Source: Candidatus Methylomirabilia bacterium (lineage in GTDB: Bacteria > Methylomirabilota > Methylomirabilia > Rokubacteriales > CSP1-6). Taken from it: a stretch of DNA of 64,000 nt. The number at the start of each line of letters is the position of its first letter. The stretch's first letter is position 1. The notes under the pieces were generated by a model, which saw only the letters and a list, made by a program, of their open reading frames with translations, was not told the origin of the DNA and made no database searches. The stretch lies in contig JBGQEL010000003.1 of the NCBI GenBank assembly GCA_041496385.1, positions 32,001-96,000 on the forward strand. Direction: 5' to 3'. Made by a program: the position numbers and the translations under genes. Of the stretch, positions 35,253 through 46,019 are shown one piece after another.

Positions 35253-36281
35253 ATGACTGATCGACACACCGATCACGACCATGGAGAAGGCGCCCACGCG
35301 TACGGTCACGGCGCGGGCCATGGGCACACGCACGGCGTTGTCGATCCATCCATCGCCGCGAGTGACCGGGGGCTCTGGGCGCTGAAGTGGTCCTTCGTGG
35401 GACTCATGGTCACCGCCCTGATCCAGACCGCGGTGGTGCTGCTGTCCGGTAGCGTCGGGTTGCTGGCCGACACCATTCACAACTTTGCCGACGCCGCCAC
35501 GGCGATCCCGCTCGGTGTCGCATTCTGGCTAGCTCGTCGTGGCGCGACGCCTCGGTTCACCTACGGTCTCGGTCGGGTCGAGGACCTGGCCGGGCTGGCG
35601 ATCGTCGTGACGATCCTCGCCAGCGCCATCGTCGCCGCCTATGAGGCGATCCGCCGGCTCGTTCACCCCGAACCCGTGGCGCTGCTGTGGGCCGTCATGG
35701 TGGCCTCGGTGATCGGCTTCATCGGCAACGAGGCGGTGGCCCTCTTCCGTATCAGCGTCGGTCGTCAGATCGGCAGTGCCGCCCTCGTTGCCGATGGGTA
35801 TCACGCCCGCATCGATGGATGGACGAGCCTCGCTGTCCTGGTCGGGGCGATCGGCGTGTGGGCAGGGTATCCGCTGGCCGATCCCGTCGTCGGCCTGTTG
35901 ATCTCGATCGCGATCTTCGTGCTCGTCTGGCAGTCGGCCCGGTCGATTTTCCTGCGGACGCTCGACGGCGTCGAAACCGAGGCTCTCGAGGCGATTGCCC
36001 ACGCCGCCAGCCACGTGCCAGGGGTCACGGAAGTCACGGACGTGCGAGCGCGCTGGATCGGTCACCGGCTGCACGCGGACCTGAGCATCACGGTTCAGGC
36101 CGCGCTCTCCCTCTCCGACGGCCACGAGGTCGCCAAGGCCGTACGACACCAACTGCTGCACCACCTCCCGCATCTTGGCAGCATGACCATTCACGTCGAT
36201 CCCGACGGGGAGGGAGGGGAACGCCACCATCGCATCGGCGCGCACGTGCACGATGGGTTGCCGATGCACACGCACGACTAG
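35253..36281 (+). CDS. Cation diffusion facilitator with His-rich termini
   Basis: HTDHDHG...HGHTHG, LLADTIHNFAD, SAALVADGYHARID, IHVDP, C-terminal His cluster. Confidence 0.92.
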   Translation: MTDRHTDHDHGEGAHAYGHGAGHGHTHGVVDPSIAASDRGLWALKWSFVGLMVTALIQTAVVLLSGSVGLLADTIHNFADAATAIPLGVAFWLARRGATPRFTYGLGRVEDLAGLAIVVTILASAIVAAYEAIRRLVHPEPVALLWAVMVASVIGFIGNEAVALFRISVGRQIGSAALVADGYHARIDGWTSLAVLVGAIGVWAGYPLADPVVGLLISIAIFVLVWQSARSIFLRTLDGVETEALEAIAHAASHVPGVTEVTDVRARWIGHRLHADLSITVQAALSLSDGHEVAKAVRHQLLHHLPHLGSMTIHVDPDGEGGERHHRIGAHVHDGLPMHTHD

Positions 36282-36296
36282 CCACCGAGAACCGGG

Positions 36297-37472
36297 ATGG
36301 ACGTCACGATGTCCGCGAGGTCGCAGTCTCTTTCCAGGTGCACGTGCGCGGTTCTCGTGGGCCTCGTCGTGTACTTCACGGGGGTGCTGCCGGTGGGCCT
36401 CCTGGCGACGCCGCCTTCGATCGCGCTGGCCCAAGGATCTCGAGCCGACGATGAGCTCGCGGAGGCCCGGCGCCTGAATCAGGAGGCCGCCACGATCCGG
36501 AGCTCCGGAAAGTTCTCGGAGGCAGTTCCGCTTGTCCAGCGTTCGCTCGCGATCCGGGAAAAGATCCTCGGGCCGGAGCACCCGGACGTCGCTGCGAGCC
36601 TCGACAACCTGGCCGGGCTGTACCGCGACCAGGGCAAGTACGCGGAGGCCGAGCTGCTGTACCGGCGTGCGCTCGCGATCGGAGAGAAGGCCCTGGGGCC
36701 GGAGCACCCGGGCGTGGCCGCGAGCCTCAACAACCTCGCGGGGCTCTACCACGCCCAGGGCAAGTACGGGCAGGCCGAACCGCTCTATCAGCGCGCACTC
36801 ATGATCGGGGAGAAGGCCGTCGGCCCGGGGCACCCAAACGTCGCGGCCAGCCTCAACAACCTGGCCCTGCTCTACGGCGCCCAGGGCAAGTATGCGGAGG
36901 CCGAGCCGCTCCAGCGGCGCGCGCTCGCGATCCAGGAGAAGGCGCTGGGACCGGAGCACCCGGACGTCGCTGCGAGCCTCGACAACCTCGCGGGGCTCTA
37001 CCACGGCCAGGGCAAGTACGCGGAGGCCGAGCTGCTGTATCGGCGTGCGCTCACGATCAGGGAGAAGGCGCTGGGGCCGGAGCACCCGGCGGTGGCCGAG
37101 AGCCTCAACAACCTTGCAGAGCTCTACCAGGCCCAGGGCAAGTACGGGCAGGCCGAACCGCGGTATCGGCGCGCGCTCGCCATCCTAGAAAAGGCGCTGG
37201 GACCGGAGCACCCCGATGTGGCCACGGTCCTCGACAGCCTGGCCGGGCTCTACAAGGCGCAGGGCAAGTATGCGGAGGCTGGGCCGCAGTATCGGCACGC
37301 GCTCGCGATCCTGGAGAAGGCGCTGGGACCGGAGCACCCGAACGTGGCCATCGTGCTGGAGAACTTGGCCGCGGTTCTGCGAAAGACGAACAGAACGGCC
37401 GAGGCGGAAGAAATAGAGGCTCGCGCGAGGACGATCAAAGCCAAGCACGCCCAGCCTGCCCCTGCGAAGTGA
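36297..37472 (+). CDS. Exported tetratricopeptide repeat protein (42-aa kinesin-light-chain-type repeats)
   Basis: Signal-like N-terminus; seven GP(E/G)HP.VA..L..LA units. Confidence 0.88.
   Translation: MDVTMSARSQSLSRCTCAVLVGLVVYFTGVLPVGLLATPPSIALAQGSRADDELAEARRLNQEAATIRSSGKFSEAVPLVQRSLAIREKILGPEHPDVAASLDNLAGLYRDQGKYAEAELLYRRALAIGEKALGPEHPGVAASLNNLAGLYHAQGKYGQAEPLYQRALMIGEKAVGPGHPNVAASLNNLALLYGAQGKYAEAEPLQRRALAIQEKALGPEHPDVAASLDNLAGLYHGQGKYAEAELLYRRALTIREKALGPEHPAVAESLNNLAELYQAQGKYGQAEPRYRRALAILEKALGPEHPDVATVLDSLAGLYKAQGKYAEAGPQYRHALAILEKALGPEHPNVAIVLENLAAVLRKTNRTAEAEEIEARARTIKAKHAQPAPAK
36570..37380 (+). repeat. 126-bp coding tandem repeat array in the TPR gene
   Basis: GPxHP codons recur at 36570, 36696, 36822 and onward with a 126-nt period. 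Confidence 0.9.
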
Positions 37473-37534
37473 CAACGCGTGCTGGAAAGGTTGAAGCCGG
37501 CCGTGCACGGGGAGCGTGAGCCGGGGCGGGCGGT

Positions 37535-40500
37535 TCACGGCCGGCGGATCCGCTCGGCGAGCGAGTAGACCGCCGGGAGAGCGGGCAGAGTCAGGAACAG
37601 CGTCGAGACCAGTCCGCCCACGATGACCGTCGCCAGCGGGCGCTGGATGTCGGAGCCAATCCCCCGCGCGAGGGCCGCGGGCAGCATGCCGAGCGCGGCG
37701 ACCAGGACGACGAGGAGGCACGGGCGGAACTGGACGCGCGCGCCCGTGATCACCGCGTCACGGACCGACACGCCTGGCTCGTGGCGCCGCCGGTTGATCT
37801 CGGCGATGTAGAGGACGCCGCTCATGACCGCGACACCGAAGAGCGAGATGAACCCCACGGCCGCAGAGACGCTCAGGTTGATCCCGCGGAGGTAGAGCGC
37901 GACGAGGCCGCCGGCGAGCGAGAACGGCACGCTGACGAGCACGAGCGCCGCGTCGAGGGCCGAGCCGAACGCGACGTAGAGCAGCACGAAGATGAGTCCG
38001 ATGGTGATCGGGATGATCACGACGAGCCGCTGGCGCGCGCGCTCGAAGTTCTCGAACTGGCCGCCCCACTCGACCAGGTAGCCCGGCGGCAGCCTGACGC
38101 CGTCGGCGAAGCGCCGCTGCGTCTCGGCGACGAAGCCGCCCTGGTCACGGCCGCGGATGTTCGTGCGCACCGTGACCTGTCGGCGGTTCTCGCGGCGCGC
38201 GATGATCGTCGCGCCGTCGACGACGCGGATGTCCGCGAGCTGCACGAGCGGCACGCGCCCGCCGTCGCGCGTGGGGATCATGAGGTTGCCGATGGCCGAC
38301 GGGTCGGCGCGCGCCGCGGGGACGAAGCGCGCGACGACGTCGAAGCGGCGGTCGCCCTCGAAGACGGAGGTGATCGGGCTGCCGCCGAGCGCCAGGTCGA
38401 TCACGTCCTGGACGTCGCTGACGTTGATGCCGTAGCGGGCGACCTGGAACCGGTTGATGGCGACCTGCAGCTGGGCCTGCTCGGATTCCTGCTCGATCGA
38501 GGTGTCGGCGGCCCCGCGCACCTCGCGCACGATCCCGAGTGTCTGCTGCGCCAGCGCCCGGAGCTGGCGGAGATCGGGGCCGCTGATGATGACGGCGAGG
38601 TCGGCCGACGAGCCCGTGGCGATCTCGGTGGACGTGTCGATGATCGGCTGGGTGAAGTTGAGCGCGACGCCGGGGATTTCCGCCCGCAGCCGGCGCGACA
38701 GCTCGTCGACGAGGTCGGCCTTGCGCTTGCCGGGTGTCCACGTGTCGTAGGGGTGGAGGTCTACCAAGAGCTCATTGCGGTTCGGCCCGAAGGGGTCGGT
38801 CCCGGAATCGTTTCGTCCGGTCTGCGAGGTCACGAGACGCACCTCGGGGGACTGGAGCACCAGGGCGCGGATCCGCGCGGCGACCTCCGCCGATTTCTCC
38901 AGGGAGATCCCCGCGGGCAGGTTCGCGCGGATCCAGATGACGCCCTCGTCGAGCTGGGGAAGGAACTCGGTGCCCAGCTGGGCGCCGAGGTAGAGGGAAC
39001 CGCCGACGACCATCGCGGCGAGCGCGAGGGTGGCGACCGCGTGGCGCACGAGGACGCGGACGATGCCCTCGTACCGCGCGTTGATCCATTCGAGACCGGG
39101 GTGGCGGCGCGCGCGCGCCCGGTCGCCGTACAGGTACGTGGCGAGGGCCGGCACCAGGGTGAGGCTCAGCAGGAGCGAGCCCAGGAGCGCGAAGCAGACG
39201 GTCATGGCCATCGGCGTGAAGAGGCGCCGCTCGACCCGCTCGAGGGTGAGCAGGGGAAGGTACGCGGCGATGATGATGACGAGCGAGAACAGGATCGGAC
39301 GCTGCACGTCGAGCGCCGCCCGCCGGATCCGGCCGACGACGCCGGCCTCCTCGAACTCGTGCGGCTTGCCCAGCGAGTGGATGATGCGCTCGACCATGAC
39401 GATCGTCGCGTCGACGATGATGCCGAAGTCGAGCGCGCCGATGCTCAGGAGGCTCAGCGAGATCCCCGTCAGCCGCATGCAGACGAGGGCGAAGAGCAGC
39501 GAGAGCGGGATGATCATCGCGGTCAGCAGGGCGGCGCGCACGCTGAGCAGAAAGAAGAGCAGGACGGTCACGACGACCAGGAAGCCCTGCAGCAGGATGT
39601 GCGAGACCGTGCGGAGCGTGTTCTGCACGAGCTCCGTGCGGTCGTGGATGGGCACGAGCCGGACGCCCCGCGGGAGCCGCGTCGCGTTCAGCTCGTCGAC
39701 CGCACCGTGGATCTCGCGCAGCACCTCGCTCGGGTTCTCCCACCGCCGCATAAGGACGATTCCCTCGACGCCGCCCGCGCGGTCCGCCTGCCGGTCCATG
39801 GCGAAGACGCCCGTCTGTGGCAGCGCACCCGTCCGGACGCGTCCGACGTCGCGGACGAACACGGGCACCCCCTTCTGGGAGTCGAGGACGACGCTCTCGA
39901 TGTCCTCGCTCGAGGCCAGCAGGCCCGAGCCGCGGATGGCGAGCGACTGCTGGCCCATGTCGAGGAGCGCGCCGCCGGCGTTGCGGTTGTTGGCCCGCAC
40001 CGCGTCCGCGAGCTGGCGCACGCCGAGGCGGTACTTGTCGAGGGCCTTCGGGTCGAGCTCGATCTGGTACTGGCGGACGAGCCCGCCGAACGTCGCCACG
40101 TCGGCGACGCCCGGTACCTGGAGGAGGCGCGGCGTCACGACCCAGTCCTGGAGCTCGCGCAGGCGCATCGCGTCGTAGCCGGCGCCTGCGAGCGCGTAGC
40201 GGTAGAACTCGCTGATGCCGCCCGTCAGCGGGCCCAGCGAGGGCGACACGCCGTCGGGCAGCTGCGCGTCGCGGAGGTGCTCGAGGACGAGCTGGCGCGC
40301 GAGGTAGTCGTCGGTGCCGTCGGTGAACGTCAGCTCGACGACCGAGAGGCCGAAGATCGTCCGCGAGCGCCGGCCGATCACGAACGGCGTGTTGTTGAGA
40401 ACGCGCTCGATCGGCACGGTCACCCGCTGCTCCACCTCCTCGGCGGCGAAGCCCGGATAGAGCGTGATGACGACGACGGTCGGGTCCGAGATATCGGGAT

Positions 40501-40615
40501 ACGCCTCGAGCTTGAGGTGGCTGAAGGACCAGACACCGGCCCCGACGATCACGAGCGCGGCCATGACGACGACGAGCCGGCGGGTGAGGGCCAGGCGAAG
40601 CAGCGCGGCGAGCAC
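37535..40615 (-). CDS. CusA/CzcA-family heavy-metal RND transporter (copy 2)
   Basis: EAYPDIS, LQDWVV, GALDFGIIVDATIVMVE, EFLPQLDEG, QRPLATVIVGGL. Confidence 0.93.
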   Translation of the reverse strand: MLAALLRLALTRRLVVVMAALVIVGAGVWSFSHLKLEAYPDISDPTVVVITLYPGFAAEEVEQRVTVPIERVLNNTPFVIGRRSRTIFGLSVVELTFTDGTDDYLARQLVLEHLRDAQLPDGVSPSLGPLTGGISEFYRYALAGAGYDAMRLRELQDWVVTPRLLQVPGVADVATFGGLVRQYQIELDPKALDKYRLGVRQLADAVRANNRNAGGALLDMGQQSLAIRGSGLLASSEDIESVVLDSQKGVPVFVRDVGRVRTGALPQTGVFAMDRQADRAGGVEGIVLMRRWENPSEVLREIHGAVDELNATRLPRGVRLVPIHDRTELVQNTLRTVSHILLQGFLVVVTVLLFFLLSVRAALLTAMIIPLSLLFALVCMRLTGISLSLLSIGALDFGIIVDATIVMVERIIHSLGKPHEFEEAGVVGRIRRAALDVQRPILFSLVIIIAAYLPLLTLERVERRLFTPMAMTVCFALLGSLLLSLTLVPALATYLYGDRARARRHPGLEWINARYEGIVRVLVRHAVATLALAAMVVGGSLYLGAQLGTEFLPQLDEGVIWIRANLPAGISLEKSAEVAARIRALVLQSPEVRLVTSQTGRNDSGTDPFGPNRNELLVDLHPYDTWTPGKRKADLVDELSRRLRAEIPGVALNFTQPIIDTSTEIATGSSADLAVIISGPDLRQLRALAQQTLGIVREVRGAADTSIEQESEQAQLQVAINRFQVARYGINVSDVQDVIDLALGGSPITSVFEGDRRFDVVARFVPAARADPSAIGNLMIPTRDGGRVPLVQLADIRVVDGATIIARRENRRQVTVRTNIRGRDQGGFVAETQRRFADGVRLPPGYLVEWGGQFENFERARQRLVVIIPITIGLIFVLLYVAFGSALDAALVLVSVPFSLAGGLVALYLRGINLSVSAAVGFISLFGVAVMSGVLYIAEINRRRHEPGVSVRDAVITGARVQFRPCLLVVLVAALGMLPAALARGIGSDIQRPLATVIVGGLVSTLFLTLPALPAVYSLAERIRRP

Positions 40616-40627
40616 CGGGCGGCTCCG

Positions 40628-41809
40628 CTACTGGTCCTTGAGGAGCACCGCGCCGTCGACGACGACGCGGTCGTTCGGCTGCAGGCCGCTCAGGACCGAC
40701 ACGGCCTGGCCGAGGCGGACGCCGGTCGTGACCTCGCGGCGCTCGAACTGCCCCGGCGCGCGCTCGAGGAACACGATGCTCCGGCCGTACTCCTGCACGA
40801 CCGCGGCGGCGGGCACCACGGGCAGGGGCCGCGTCCCGCCCGCGTGGTAGATGCTGCCGAACATCTCTGGGCGCAGGCGGCCCTTCGGGTTGGGCATGTC
40901 CACGTGGACCTTGAGGGTGCGGGTCTGCGGGTCGAGGACGTCGGCCATCCGCGCCACGCGGCCCGAGAACTTCTCGTCGGGGTAGGCAACGAGCGTGATG
41001 TCCACGTGGTCGCCCACGTGGATCAGCCGCATGAACGTCTCCGGCACGTCGGACGAGACCCACACCGTGCTGAGGTCGACGATCGTCATCAGGGGCGCCG
41101 TGGTATCGGTGTTGAAGGAGACCGCCGCTCGGTTCTCGCCTGGCGCGACGTTGAGGTCGAGAATCTTGCCGCTGATGGGCGCGCGCACGAGAATCTGCTG
41201 CTTGAAGTCGGTCGGCTTCAGGCCGAGCAGCGCGAGCTTCCGCCACGTCTGCTCGCGAATCGCCTTGGCCACCTCGCCCGCGGACCGCGCCTGCACAAGG
41301 TCGTTCTCCGCCCCGAGGAGATCCTTATGCGCGACCGCTTTCGCCTCGTACAACTCGGCGGTGCGCCTGTAGTCTGCCTCGGACTTGGCCAGCGCCGCCT
41401 GTGTTTGGCGCTGCGACGCCTCGGCCTGGAGGTAGCCGGCGATCGCGGCATCGGCATCCGGGCTCTCCATGGCGAGCACGGGCTGCCCCTGCTCGACGGC
41501 GTCACCGAGCCTCACCATGACTTCGAGCACCCGGCCCGCCACAGGCGGCAGGACGCGCGAGACACGGTTCGGGTTGACCGTGACCCTGCCGGGCGCCGTG
41601 ACCACGTCCTCGGGGACGTCGGCGACCCGCACGGATTCGACGCGGAGCTGCTTGAAGCGCGGCGAATCGGGCGGGACGACGATGTAGGCCGCGGTCTTCG
41701 GCGGCTCGCCGCTCCGGGGCGCCGCGGAGGGCTCGGACTCCTCGCCTCGGCCGCAGCCGACGGCCGCCAGGAGTGCACAGCCGAGGAGCATCGGCCGGAA
41801 GGCGCTCAC
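40628..41809 (-). CDS. RND membrane fusion protein (CzcB-like lipoprotein)
   Basis: Lipobox AVGC; RAPISG, VLDPQTRTLKV, LRPEMFG. Confidence 0.9.
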   Translation of the reverse strand: MSAFRPMLLGCALLAAVGCGRGEESEPSAAPRSGEPPKTAAYIVVPPDSPRFKQLRVESVRVADVPEDVVTAPGRVTVNPNRVSRVLPPVAGRVLEVMVRLGDAVEQGQPVLAMESPDADAAIAGYLQAEASQRQTQAALAKSEADYRRTAELYEAKAVAHKDLLGAENDLVQARSAGEVAKAIREQTWRKLALLGLKPTDFKQQILVRAPISGKILDLNVAPGENRAAVSFNTDTTAPLMTIVDLSTVWVSSDVPETFMRLIHVGDHVDITLVAYPDEKFSGRVARMADVLDPQTRTLKVHVDMPNPKGRLRPEMFGSIYHAGGTRPLPVVPAAAVVQEYGRSIVFLERAPGQFERREVTTGVRLGQAVSVLSGLQPNDRVVVDGAVLLKDQ

Positions 41810-41825
41810 AGGCAGGAAGGATACC

Positions 41826-44800
41826 TCAGGCCGTCGCCTCGGCGACTCCGGAGGTGGGCCCGTGGCGACGGGCGAGCAGCGCGTAGATCGACGGTAGAAC
41901 CAGGAGCGTGAGGATGGTGGACGAGACGAGACCGCCGATCACGACACGGGCGAGGGGCCGCTGAATCTCGGCGCCGATGCCGTGCGAAAGGGCGGCGGGG
42001 AGGAAACCGATCACCGCGACGATGCCGGCGACGACGATCGGCCGGAAGCGCAGCTCGCAGCCCCGGAGGATCGCGTCGTGGATGGGCAGGCCCTCGTCGC
42101 GCGCCTGCCGGATCGACGAGACGAGCACGACGCCGTTCAGCACACTGACGCCGAAGACGGCGATGTACCCGACCGCCGCCGAGATGTTGAAGTTCGTGCC
42201 CGACAGCCAAAGCGCGAAGGTGCCGCCGATCAGCGCGAAGGGCAGGTTCAGCATGATGAGGAGCGCGTCGCCGGCGGAGCTGAACGCGCCGAAGAGGAGG
42301 ACGAAGATGATGAAGATGACGAGCGGCACGATGACGTAGAGGCGGGCCAGGGCGCGCTGCTGGTCCTCGAACCGGCCGCTCCAGACCATCCGGTACCCCG
42401 CGGGCAGCGTCACCGCGGCCTCGACCTTGCGCATGGCCTCCGCGACGAGGCCGCCCATGTCGCGTTCGCGCACGCTCCACTTGACCGCGAGCCGCCGGAC
42501 GTTGCCCTCGCGCACGATCTCCGCGAGCCCGTCGGTTTGCATAAATTCCGCCAGCTGGGACATCGGGATCCGCTCGCCGCTCGGGGCGCTCACCGTCAGG
42601 TTCTGCAGGCTCTGGATAGGATCGCCGGCGCCCGCGAGCCGCACGACAACGTCGAACTTGCGCTCCCCCTCGAAGAACTGCGTCACCGCGCGGCCCTTGG
42701 TCGCAGCCTCGATCACGTCCTGGACGTCCTGCACGTTGATGCCGTGGCGAGCGGCCGCGGCGCGATCCACGACGATCTGGAGCTGCGGGAAGCCCACGAC
42801 GTGGTCGTAGTCGAGGTCGGCGACACCGCGGACGTCCTTGAGGACGCGCACGATCTCCTTCGCCTTCGCGTCCATCACGAACATGTCCGGGCCGTAGAGC
42901 TTGATGGCCAGCTCACCCTTCACGCCGGCGAGCGCCTCGTCGACGTTGTCCTTGATCGGCTGGGAGAAGTTCGTCGTGATCCCCGGGATGTCTGCCAGGG
43001 CCGCCGTCATCGCGTCGACGAGCTGATCCTTGTCCTTGATCCGCCACTCCTCCCGGGGCTTGAGCCCGACGTAGAACTCGACGTTGTCCGGCGCTTCGGG
43101 GTCGGTGCCGTCGTCGGGCGCGCCGACCTGCGACACGACCACGCGTACCTCGGGGAAGGCGAGGAAGCGCTCGCGGATGTCTCGCGTGTACGGCCGGACA
43201 CCCTCGACCGAGATACCGACCGGAAACTTGACGCGGACCCAGAGGTCGCCCTCGTCCAGCTCCGGCAGGAACTCCTTGCCGAGGAACGTGAAGGCGAGGA
43301 GCGCGAGGGCGAGGCCGCCCGCTGCCATCGTCACGGGCACCGTCGGGCGGCGGACGCACCAGCGGAGGACCGGCAGGTAGGGCCGGCGGAGCCAGGCGAG
43401 GAGCGGGCTCTCGCGTTCCCGCGGAGGCCGGCGAAAGAAGAGGCTGGAGAGGACGGGGATCAACGTCAGCGTGAGGAGGAGCGAGCCGATCACGGCGAGG
43501 GAGATGGTCACCGCCATGGGCCGGAACAGCTTGCCCTCGACGCGCTGGAACGTGAGGATCGGGACGTACACGGTCATGATGATCAGGACGGCGAACGTGA
43601 GCGGGCGCGCGACCTCGAGCGCCGCGTGCTGCACCTCGCGGACTACGCGGTGGCCCGTGGGCCTCCTCTCGCCGAGGTGCCGCAGGATGTTCTCCGTCAT
43701 GATGACCGCGCCGTCCACGATGATCCCGAAGTCGATGGCGCCGAGCGACAGCAGGTTCGCGGGGATCCCGCGCAGGTCCATGAAGATGAACGCGAAGAGG
43801 AGCGAGAGGGGGATCGTGAGCGCGACGATGAACGCCGCGCGCAGGTTGTAGAGCAAGAGCGAGAGGAGCACGATCACCAGCGCGGCGCCCTCGAGTAGGT
43901 TCCGCAGCACCGTGGCGACCGTCGTCTTCACCAGGCGCTCGCGGCTGTAGTAGGGGCGGAGCTCGACGCCGCCGGGCAGGAGCTTCTGGATCTCGGCGAG
44001 CTTCGCCTTGACCCCCTCGAGGACCCGGTCGGGGTTCTCGCCCGTTCGCATCAGGATGATGCCCTGCACGAGATCATCGTCGTGGTCGCGGCCGAGCATG
44101 CCGAGCCGGATGCCATAGCCGATGCCGACCTGGCCGACGTCACGGACGCGGACGGGCGTGCCCCGCTGCGCGGTGAGCACGATGTTCTCGATGTCGCGCG
44201 TGGACTGGATGAGGCCGATGCCGCGCACCGCCAGCGCGTACTGTCCGCGCGGGATGTAGCTGCCACCCGCGTTGGCGTTGTTCGCGGGGATCGCGTCGAA
44301 GATCTGCTTGAGCGTGAGGTTGTATGCGCGAAGCCGGGCCGGGTCGATCGTGACCTGGTACTGCTTGGCGCCGCCGCCCCAGGATACGACATCCGCGACG
44401 CCGGGGACCTTGCGGAATTCGCGCTCCAGGACCCAATCTTGAAGTGCCTTCAACTCGTAGAGCGGCAACGCCGTCGACTCGAGGGTGTAGCGATAGACCT
44501 CGCCGATGACGCTCGAGAGCGGGCCCAGGGCGGGCCTGGCGTCCGGCGGCAGCTCCGCGCGCGCGATCCGCTCCTGCGCCTGCTGGCGCGCCCAGTAGCG
44601 GTCCGTGCCGTCGGCGAACAGGATGCGGATGTTGGACAGACCGAGCTGCGACTCGGATTTGAGGAACGTGACGTTCGCGATCCCGTTCAGCTCGTTCTCG
44701 AGCGGGATGGTCAGGAGGCGCTCGACCTCCTCGGTCGCATGACCGGGCCACAGCGTGATCACGTCCACCTTGACGTCGCCGACGTCCGGGTACGCCTCGA

Positions 44801-44906
44801 TCGGCAGTCGCCGGTAGGAGGCGATCCCGCCGGCGGTGAGGAGCAGCGCGAGCGCGACCGTGACGAAACGCTGGCGGAGGGCGAACGCGATGATGCGGCC
44901 GATCAC
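41826..44906 (-). CDS. CusA/CzcA-family heavy-metal RND transporter (copy 1)
   Basis: LPIEAYPDV, GAIDFGIIVDGAVIMTEN, VEGKLFRPMA, GAEIQRPLARVVIGGL. Confidence 0.93.
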   Translation of the reverse strand: MIGRIIAFALRQRFVTVALALLLTAGGIASYRRLPIEAYPDVGDVKVDVITLWPGHATEEVERLLTIPLENELNGIANVTFLKSESQLGLSNIRILFADGTDRYWARQQAQERIARAELPPDARPALGPLSSVIGEVYRYTLESTALPLYELKALQDWVLEREFRKVPGVADVVSWGGGAKQYQVTIDPARLRAYNLTLKQIFDAIPANNANAGGSYIPRGQYALAVRGIGLIQSTRDIENIVLTAQRGTPVRVRDVGQVGIGYGIRLGMLGRDHDDDLVQGIILMRTGENPDRVLEGVKAKLAEIQKLLPGGVELRPYYSRERLVKTTVATVLRNLLEGAALVIVLLSLLLYNLRAAFIVALTIPLSLLFAFIFMDLRGIPANLLSLGAIDFGIIVDGAVIMTENILRHLGERRPTGHRVVREVQHAALEVARPLTFAVLIIMTVYVPILTFQRVEGKLFRPMAVTISLAVIGSLLLTLTLIPVLSSLFFRRPPRERESPLLAWLRRPYLPVLRWCVRRPTVPVTMAAGGLALALLAFTFLGKEFLPELDEGDLWVRVKFPVGISVEGVRPYTRDIRERFLAFPEVRVVVSQVGAPDDGTDPEAPDNVEFYVGLKPREEWRIKDKDQLVDAMTAALADIPGITTNFSQPIKDNVDEALAGVKGELAIKLYGPDMFVMDAKAKEIVRVLKDVRGVADLDYDHVVGFPQLQIVVDRAAAARHGINVQDVQDVIEAATKGRAVTQFFEGERKFDVVVRLAGAGDPIQSLQNLTVSAPSGERIPMSQLAEFMQTDGLAEIVREGNVRRLAVKWSVRERDMGGLVAEAMRKVEAAVTLPAGYRMVWSGRFEDQQRALARLYVIVPLVIFIIFVLLFGAFSSAGDALLIMLNLPFALIGGTFALWLSGTNFNISAAVGYIAVFGVSVLNGVVLVSSIRQARDEGLPIHDAILRGCELRFRPIVVAGIVAVIGFLPAALSHGIGAEIQRPLARVVIGGLVSSTILTLLVLPSIYALLARRHGPTSGVAEATA

Positions 44907-46018
44907 TTGGCGGTCTTCTTCAGCAGGATGCTGCCCTGGGCGACCACGAGGTCATCGCGCGTGATCCCGGCCAGCACCTCGACGGCACCGTCGACGTCGG
45001 CGCCCAGCTTGACCGGCCGGCGCGCGTACCCGTCCTTCGCCGTCTGCACGAGCACGAAGGTTTCGCCGTCCGCCCGGTGGACGGCGCTCTGCGGGACGGC
45101 CAGCACCGTCGGCGAGCCGGTGCCGATGGTGACCTTCACGAACATCTCGGCCTTGAGCGCGCGAAGACGGTTCGGCACGACCGCGCGGACCTTCACCGTC
45201 CGCGTCTCCCTGTCCACGCTGTCGCTGATGTAGGTGACGCGGCCCTCGTAGCGCTCGCCGGGGCAGCAGGGGAGCGTGACGGACACCGCCTGCCCGAGCC
45301 GGACGCGCGCGACGTCGGGCTCGTAGACGTCGGCGAGGATCCACATGCTGGAGAGGTCGGCGATGACGAAGAGATTCGTCGGTGTGTCGGACTGGCCGAA
45401 GGCGACGACCTGGCCGGGCGTGACGTTGCGCTCGACGACCACGCCGCTGCGTGGCGCCGTCACGATGATCCGCGTTCCGGCATCGGCACGGCTCACGGCG
45501 GACTCGAGCTGGTCCCCGCCCACGCCGAGCGTGCGGAGACGCGCGGCGGCCCGCTCCCGCTCGGCGACGGCCTTGCGCGAGTCGTTCTCCGCCTCGCGCA
45601 CCTCCTTCTGGGCGATCGCCTTGGCCTCGAAGAGCTCGCGCGCCAGCGCCAGCGCCTTCTGGGCGCGCTCGCCGTCGGCGACGGCCTTGGCGTAGTCGCT
45701 CTTCGCCTGACCGAGATCCGCGCTGTCGATGGCGAAGAGGCGCTGGCCCGGCTCGACGGCGTCGCCCGGGCGGGCGAAGACCTCGATGACCCGTCCCGTC
45801 GCCGGCGCCTGCACCCGGGCGAGGTGCTCCTCGTCGAATTGCGCCTTGCCGCTCGTTTCGATGCCAGAGGCGCGCGTCCGGTACTCGGGATGCACCGTCT
45901 TCACCACGGCCGGGGCCTCGGCGGTCGACGCCGGCGCGGCGGGTGGTACGGAGCCGGCGTCACCGCAACCCGACGTCAGCGCGGCGATCAGGAGGAGGGA
46001 AAGGGTCCGATACATCAT
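44903..46018 (-). CDS. RND membrane fusion protein (CzcB-like lipoprotein)
   Basis: Lipobox TSGC; APRSGVVVER, ADLSSMW, VDRETRTVKVR, LKAEMF. Confidence 0.9.
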   Translation of the reverse strand: MMYRTLSLLLIAALTSGCGDAGSVPPAAPASTAEAPAVVKTVHPEYRTRASGIETSGKAQFDEEHLARVQAPATGRVIEVFARPGDAVEPGQRLFAIDSADLGQAKSDYAKAVADGERAQKALALARELFEAKAIAQKEVREAENDSRKAVAERERAAARLRTLGVGGDQLESAVSRADAGTRIIVTAPRSGVVVERNVTPGQVVAFGQSDTPTNLFVIADLSSMWILADVYEPDVARVRLGQAVSVTLPCCPGERYEGRVTYISDSVDRETRTVKVRAVVPNRLRALKAEMFVKVTIGTGSPTVLAVPQSAVHRADGETFVLVQTAKDGYARRPVKLGADVDGAVEVLAGITRDDLVVAQGSILLKKTAK

Positions 46019-46019
46019 G

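Noticed and set aside
37781..41911. 1376-aa plus-strand ORF and the many other long antisense or alternate-frame ORFs
   Set aside because: Shadow frames of genuine genes in high-GC DNA; Arg/Gly/Ala-rich with no recognisable motifs
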